Positions 33,808 to 37,466 of a stretch of DNA of 37,466 nucleotides are shown here, piece after piece. The notes beneath the pieces were generated by a model. It was not told the DNA's origin, did not search any database, and was given only the letters and a program-made list of their open reading frames with translations. The DNA is from Pseudomonadota bacterium. GTDB taxonomy: Bacteria; Bdellovibrionota_G; JALEGL01; DATDPG01. The translations under genes were made by a program, and so were the position numbers. Location of the stretch: contig JAZDIZ010000170.1 of assembly GCA_043804515.1 (NCBI GenBank), positions 1 through 37,466 on the forward strand. Reading direction: 5' to 3'. The number at the start of each line of letters is the position of its first letter. Position 1 is the first letter of the stretch.

Positions 33808-34173
33808 GTGATCCTCTCCGGGATTCCCCCGCGAAAGGAACTCCTCTTTATGGGGAATTCGCGTGAGGTTCTTCGCGGGTTTCCGAAAGTCGCGCGGAAG
33901 GCTCTCGGAGATGAACTGAGCACCCTCCAGATGGGTTTCATCCCGAGGCACTATCGCCCCCTCCCCTCCATCGGGCCCGGGGTATATGAGCTTCGCCATC
34001 AGGATGAGCGGGCCTGGTATCGCGTGGCGTATCTCATGAGAATGAAAGGAAGAATCTTTGTGCTTCACGTGTTTGAGAAGGAGACCGGCAAGACGAGCAA
34101 AAGGGATCTTCGGACCCTTGCTCTCCGCTTGAAAGAAGCAATGGCACACACCCGAAGGGAGCGGAACACATGA
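33808..34173 (+). CDS. Type II toxin, RelE/ParE superfamily (DUF891/Gp49, HigB-like)
   Basis: F.G.S...L..FP...R..LG.EL..LQ.G, IGPGVYELR, YRV.Y and VLHVFEK.T.KT motifs; toxin-first gene order. Confidence 0.9.
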   Translation: MILSGIPPRKELLFMGNSREVLRGFPKVARKALGDELSTLQMGFIPRHYRPLPSIGPGVYELRHQDERAWYRVAYLMRMKGRIFVLHVFEKETGKTSKRDLRTLALRLKEAMAHTRRERNT

Positions 34174-34508
34174 AGAAAGGAAATCGGTTGGATCAGGAAT
34201 TTCATGGAATGGAGTTCAGAACGACAGGGAGCGCTTACGAAGCCCTTGGTTTCTCTCCCGAAGAGGCGGCCGTATTGGAGGCCAAGAACTTTCTCTGGCA
34301 TGCGATCCGTCAACGAATTCAGGAAAAGAAGCTTTCAACCGTTCAATTGTGCAAATTCCTGGAGATTCAGCCCTCTCAAGCGAGTGACTTAAGAACGAGA
34401 AAGATCGAGAAGATGAGCCTCGATAAAATGGTCAAATATGCGAGGAGGCTCGGCCTAGCTCTGCGCCTTCAGCTACGGTCTGCAGACCATCACAAGCGGG
34501 CTGCCTGA
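34170..34508 (+). CDS. XRE-family HTH antitoxin (HigA-like)
   Basis: GSAYEALGF..EEA, L.IQPSQASDL...KIEKMSLDKM; ATGA overlap with the toxin gene. Confidence 0.88.
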   Translation: MKKGNRLDQEFHGMEFRTTGSAYEALGFSPEEAAVLEAKNFLWHAIRQRIQEKKLSTVQLCKFLEIQPSQASDLRTRKIEKMSLDKMVKYARRLGLALRLQLRSADHHKRAA

Positions 34509-34571
34509 ATAGAATCCGCCTGACCTTTGGATGGGATTCTTAGCCCGGTCGAAAGCACCACCGCAGTTCTC

Positions 34572-34601
34572 AATCGGATTCAGTCGTGTGTCCCGCGATT
34601 C
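34572..34601 (+). repeat. GGGAC element, variant D
   Basis: AATCGGATTCAGTCGTGTGTCCCGCGATTC, near-identical to 36029-36056. Confidence 0.8.
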
Positions 34602-34689
34602 TGCGGCATGGCCAGGTGATTCTTGAAGTTATTTAATATATCTACCTGTTATCACACATCTATTAGCATGATTTATCTATCCTCTTATA

Positions 34690-34698
34690 TGATATAAT
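34690..34698 (+). promoter_or_regulatory. Extended -10 promoter (TGnTATAAT), likely leaderless transcript
   Basis: TGATATAAT ends 6 nt before GTG 34705; no Shine-Dalgarno sequence. Confidence 0.6.
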
Positions 34699-34704
34699 TA
34701 CTTC

Positions 34705-35499
34705 GTGTTACATGAATTGCTGACTGAGCCGCAGAGGCGGCTTTTGGAAGTTCTCTCGGACACGAACGGGCCGGTTTCAGTGCTCGGCCTGGCCCAACTC
34801 ACCCAGGTTCCCTATTCCACGACCCACCTAACGCTTCGCAAGCTTAAGAAACTTGGGCTGGTTACATCACAGCCACAATCAAGAAGGCTCGACTACGACC
34901 TGAATCGAACGGACGCCTATGCGCGGGCATTCATGGAGCTTTTTCTGAGCGGATTTCCTGCACAAAAACGACCGGACTTGGCCAGCGGCAAGAACGTCAC
35001 GGACAAGGATGTTCTATGGAACTTGGCCGGCCTTGGGGCTCCCCTTGTCGTTGACGAACATCCGCGAAAGACGCTTGCGCCGGAACAGACCTTCGCGTTT
35101 GCTCTCGATGTAGCTCACAGGAACCCGACGGCGGCTCGGGCCCTCCCTGTCGCCTTTGCCAAGAGCCTATCCCGTCTGAACTATCCCCTCCTCCGCTATT
35201 TGAGCCGGGAGCGAAAGCAAACCCGCACACTCGGTTTCTACCTCGAGCTGACCGGCGTCCTTTCACACAAAAGCCGGTTCAAAAAGCTGGCGGCGGAGTT
35301 TCAGGACCGGAGAGTCAAGCGCCAGGAACCGTTCTTCGAAGTATCTACGTCAAAGTACGCGCAAGCCCTGGCCCACAAGAGAACCCCCCGACTGGCCCGA
35401 AAATGGCATTTCTTGATGAACCTGGATATGGACGATTTCCGTTCCCTGTTTGAGAAGTTTTACAAGACTGATGCAAAGATTCACGCCACGGGAAATTGA
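34705..35499 (+). CDS. Winged-helix (MarR-like) N-terminal domain protein, putative partner of the downstream nucleotidyltransferase
   Basis: QRRLLEVL...SVLGLAQLTQVPYSTTHLTLRKLKKLGLV wHTH; overlaps the next gene. Confidence 0.75.
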   Translation: MLHELLTEPQRRLLEVLSDTNGPVSVLGLAQLTQVPYSTTHLTLRKLKKLGLVTSQPQSRRLDYDLNRTDAYARAFMELFLSGFPAQKRPDLASGKNVTDKDVLWNLAGLGAPLVVDEHPRKTLAPEQTFAFALDVAHRNPTAARALPVAFAKSLSRLNYPLLRYLSRERKQTRTLGFYLELTGVLSHKSRFKKLAAEFQDRRVKRQEPFFEVSTSKYAQALAHKRTPRLARKWHFLMNLDMDDFRSLFEKFYKTDAKIHATGN

Positions 35500-35791
35500 A
35501 CGTTTCTTAAAAGCTGTCGATCGCAGCCTTGCGCGACGTTTCGATCTCGTTGTTATCGGCGGAGCCGCCGTCGCCCTCGCCTACCACGCAACGAACCGAA
35601 CCGTGGACATCGATACCGTCGGTCGGATCGATCAGATCGCATCGGCGTTCAAGACCGCAACAAAGGATACGGGGCTCAATATTCCCGTAGGGCCGGCGAA
35701 GGTGTTCGATGGTCCGTATCATTACAGAATCGGGGGACACCACACGCATTCTCTTAGCCGCCATGGGCGCTGGTCCGATTCAGTTGCTTGA
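35471..35791 (+). pseudogene. Truncated DUF6036-type nucleotidyltransferase
   Basis: VIGGAAV...RTVDID NTase motif; the reading frame runs into the variant B element at about 35729, and the expected C-terminal half is not visible. Confidence 0.72.
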
Positions 35792-36079
35792 TCAAATCAT
35801 GGCAAGAACCTGAAGATCTGAGCGTTGGCGAAATTGGTGTCGGTACACCTGGAGACAGGCCACAGAGGCCGCCGAACTAATTGGTATGGTGTCCCCAGAT
35901 TCCAGATTCCCCATGAAATCCGCACAGGACGAAAATTGATGCTCAAGCGCCCCGGACGCAAGCCTTCAGGGCGGCGGCGCTAATTGGTGTGGTGTCCCCC
36001 GAATTCCGAAAGCCCCGCCCTTGTTCCTAATCGGATTCAGTCGAGTCCCGCGATTCGATTCTCCGCGATTCCAGATTCC
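35732..36079. repeat. Cluster of GGGAC elements (variant B inverted pair 35732-35896, extra B at 35982-36000, D at 36029-36056, GATTC iterations)
   Basis: GGGGACACCACAC at 35733-35745 is inverted to GTATGGTGTCCCC at 35884-35896; AATTGGTGTGGTGTCCCCC at 35982-36000. Confidence 0.85.
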
Positions 36080-36146
36080 GATTCCGTGCCTTGACGCGGC
36101 GCGCATGACTGGGTAATAGGAGCTGTTCGTTCGATCGGAGGCCGGT

Positions 36147-36953
36147 ATGAAAGCGATTCGCGTTCCAACCTTCCCCAGAATTTCGTTCTTTAGGGAGTCC
36201 ATTTTCGTCGCGCTCATGTCTTTCTTGGTTTCCGGTGGCGTTTGGGCTCAACCGGAGAATCCCCCTCCGGACCCGTCGACCGGACTCAAGGTCATTCACG
36301 TCGCTCCTCCACGGGATACGACTTTTGCGCCCACCGTCCAGGATTCCATCCCGGTTCCGGAAGTGGCGAATCCGATTCCCGCTCTCCCGGATACGAATCT
36401 CGTGAGACCCCCGGTGGAGCCTCCGACGACCGGACCGCAGCTTCTTTGCACCGTGGGATATGAGCTCGCGAACCTGCCGGGGCGGATACGTATCGCACAC
36501 GCCCGGCGCTGGGATGAAGATCGAGCGGACTATGCCGAATCAGAGGAACTCGCGGACAACAACATCGCGGTAAATCTGTCCGGGCCCCCTTCCGACGCTC
36601 CAAAACCGGTTTTCTATTCCGTCCTTCCTCCCGCCTCACTTCCCGGAAATCCGATCGACATCTTCATTCTGCCGGTCGCGCCGAAGACTTTGGCCCCGAC
36701 CCAAACCAAGTGGATGGCGCCGGCGGTGAACATTCGGATCGGGCACGTGAAGGAGTTGGACACTGGTGGTCTTCCGATCTACGCGATTGAGGACCGGGTC
36801 CGTTCCTTCGAGAGCAGTTCATTCACCAGTACCGTTTATTCCGCTGCCACGTTCGTCGAGATCGACACGACCCTCTCGAACCGCGTCCAAGTCAATCTCT
36901 ACTCGCTCAATGCGAAGCTGAGCAGAATTCAGGTGACTTGCCGGATCCAGTGA
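36147..36953 (+). CDS. Hypothetical secreted protein with a Pro-rich N-terminal region
   Basis: GGAGG RBS; signal peptide ending VWA-Q; Pro-rich linker. Confidence 0.7.
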   Translation: MKAIRVPTFPRISFFRESIFVALMSFLVSGGVWAQPENPPPDPSTGLKVIHVAPPRDTTFAPTVQDSIPVPEVANPIPALPDTNLVRPPVEPPTTGPQLLCTVGYELANLPGRIRIAHARRWDEDRADYAESEELADNNIAVNLSGPPSDAPKPVFYSVLPPASLPGNPIDIFILPVAPKTLAPTQTKWMAPAVNIRIGHVKELDTGGLPIYAIEDRVRSFESSSFTSTVYSAATFVEIDTTLSNRVQVNLYSLNAKLSRIQVTCRIQ

Positions 36954-37167
36954 AGGGGAACAGGGGGAATTGCGGGACGCAACCATGAAGTGGCCCCGGG
37001 GAATCCCCAGGTTGCAATTATTTCATAGCGGTCTGCCGGAAGTTAAGCACCCCCCCACCGCAGTTAATATCTAACTAGCTGTTTTAATGAGATAATGTTC
37101 GTGTTTTCGGCGGTTCATCTGGTATGGCAATTGCTTGTGTGTAGAGGTGTCTACAAGGGAGTTCAAT

Positions 37168-37466
37168 ATGAAAACAAGGCTTGTTTTGATCGTTCTTTTC
37201 TTGGCTTTACTCCCGCTAAGAATTTACGGCCAGGCGATCATCGCGGATCACAACGCCGTCAGTGAGTTTAATCAAATTCCCGCCAACTACATTGAACAGG
37301 CCAAGAACGCTTACAGAATTCTTTACGGCCACACCTCACACGGAAGCCAGATAACAAGTGGAATGAGTGTGCTGATGTCCTCGAATAATCTCTACCGGTA
37401 TCATAGGGACTCTTCGGTCATCCCCGGCTCTCTCTCTTATGTGGAGACAAGTCCGGATGCGGGTTA
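37168..37466 (+). CDS. Secreted protein, partial (runs off the window), with a YGHTSHGSQ motif
   Basis: AAGGGAG RBS; MKTRLVLIVLFLALLPLRIYG-QAIIADH...IP...I..AK...ILYGHTSHGSQI; no stop before the window end. Confidence 0.8.
   Translation, partial: MKTRLVLIVLFLALLPLRIYGQAIIADHNAVSEFNQIPANYIEQAKNAYRILYGHTSHGSQITSGMSVLMSSNNLYRYHRDSSVIPGSLSYVETSPDAG

Noticed and set aside
33808..34508. Prophage, suggested by the Gp49-like toxin
   Set aside because: No phage structural, replication or integrase genes nearby; this family is a common chromosomal TA toxin.
11181..36079. Integron attC cassette array
   Set aside because: The elements lack RYYYAAC...GTTRRRY ends, the genes are not co-oriented, and there is no IntI gene.

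Overview
GC-rich bacterial chromosomal segment. The gene content (many Cys-rich lipoproteins, a CbcL-type multiheme cytochrome, a ZZ-histone-type zinc finger) suggests a Bdellovibrionota/Myxococcota-like 'deltaproteobacterium'; this is inference. I found about 34 coding regions and no rRNA, tRNA, CRISPR array, integrase or transposase. Recognisable genes: DUF900 hydrolase, flavin reductase, DUF1554-type lipoprotein, EamA transporter, papain C1 peptidase, PAP2 acid phosphatase with a phospholipase D, rubrerythrin, a 17-heme cytochrome c/cytochrome b fusion, an 1843-aa Ig/RCC1 surface lipoprotein coupled to a beta-barrel gene, a YiiX-type permuted papain, a GIY-YIG nuclease, a RelE/HigA-type toxin-antitoxin pair, and an HTH gene with a truncated DUF6036 nucleotidyltransferase. 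The most striking non-genic signal is about 20 short elements with a GGGAC core, in four sequence variants. They form polar inverted doublets, bracket individual accessory gene blocks, and in one case cut a gene off. Also notable are a start-less ZZ-type zinc-finger ORF in the -1 frame of a Lys-rich peptide that carries an A_AAA_AAG slippery site, and a 36-bp direct repeat bracketing the giant-lipoprotein cassette. Family assignments come from motif recognition by eye, not database searches.
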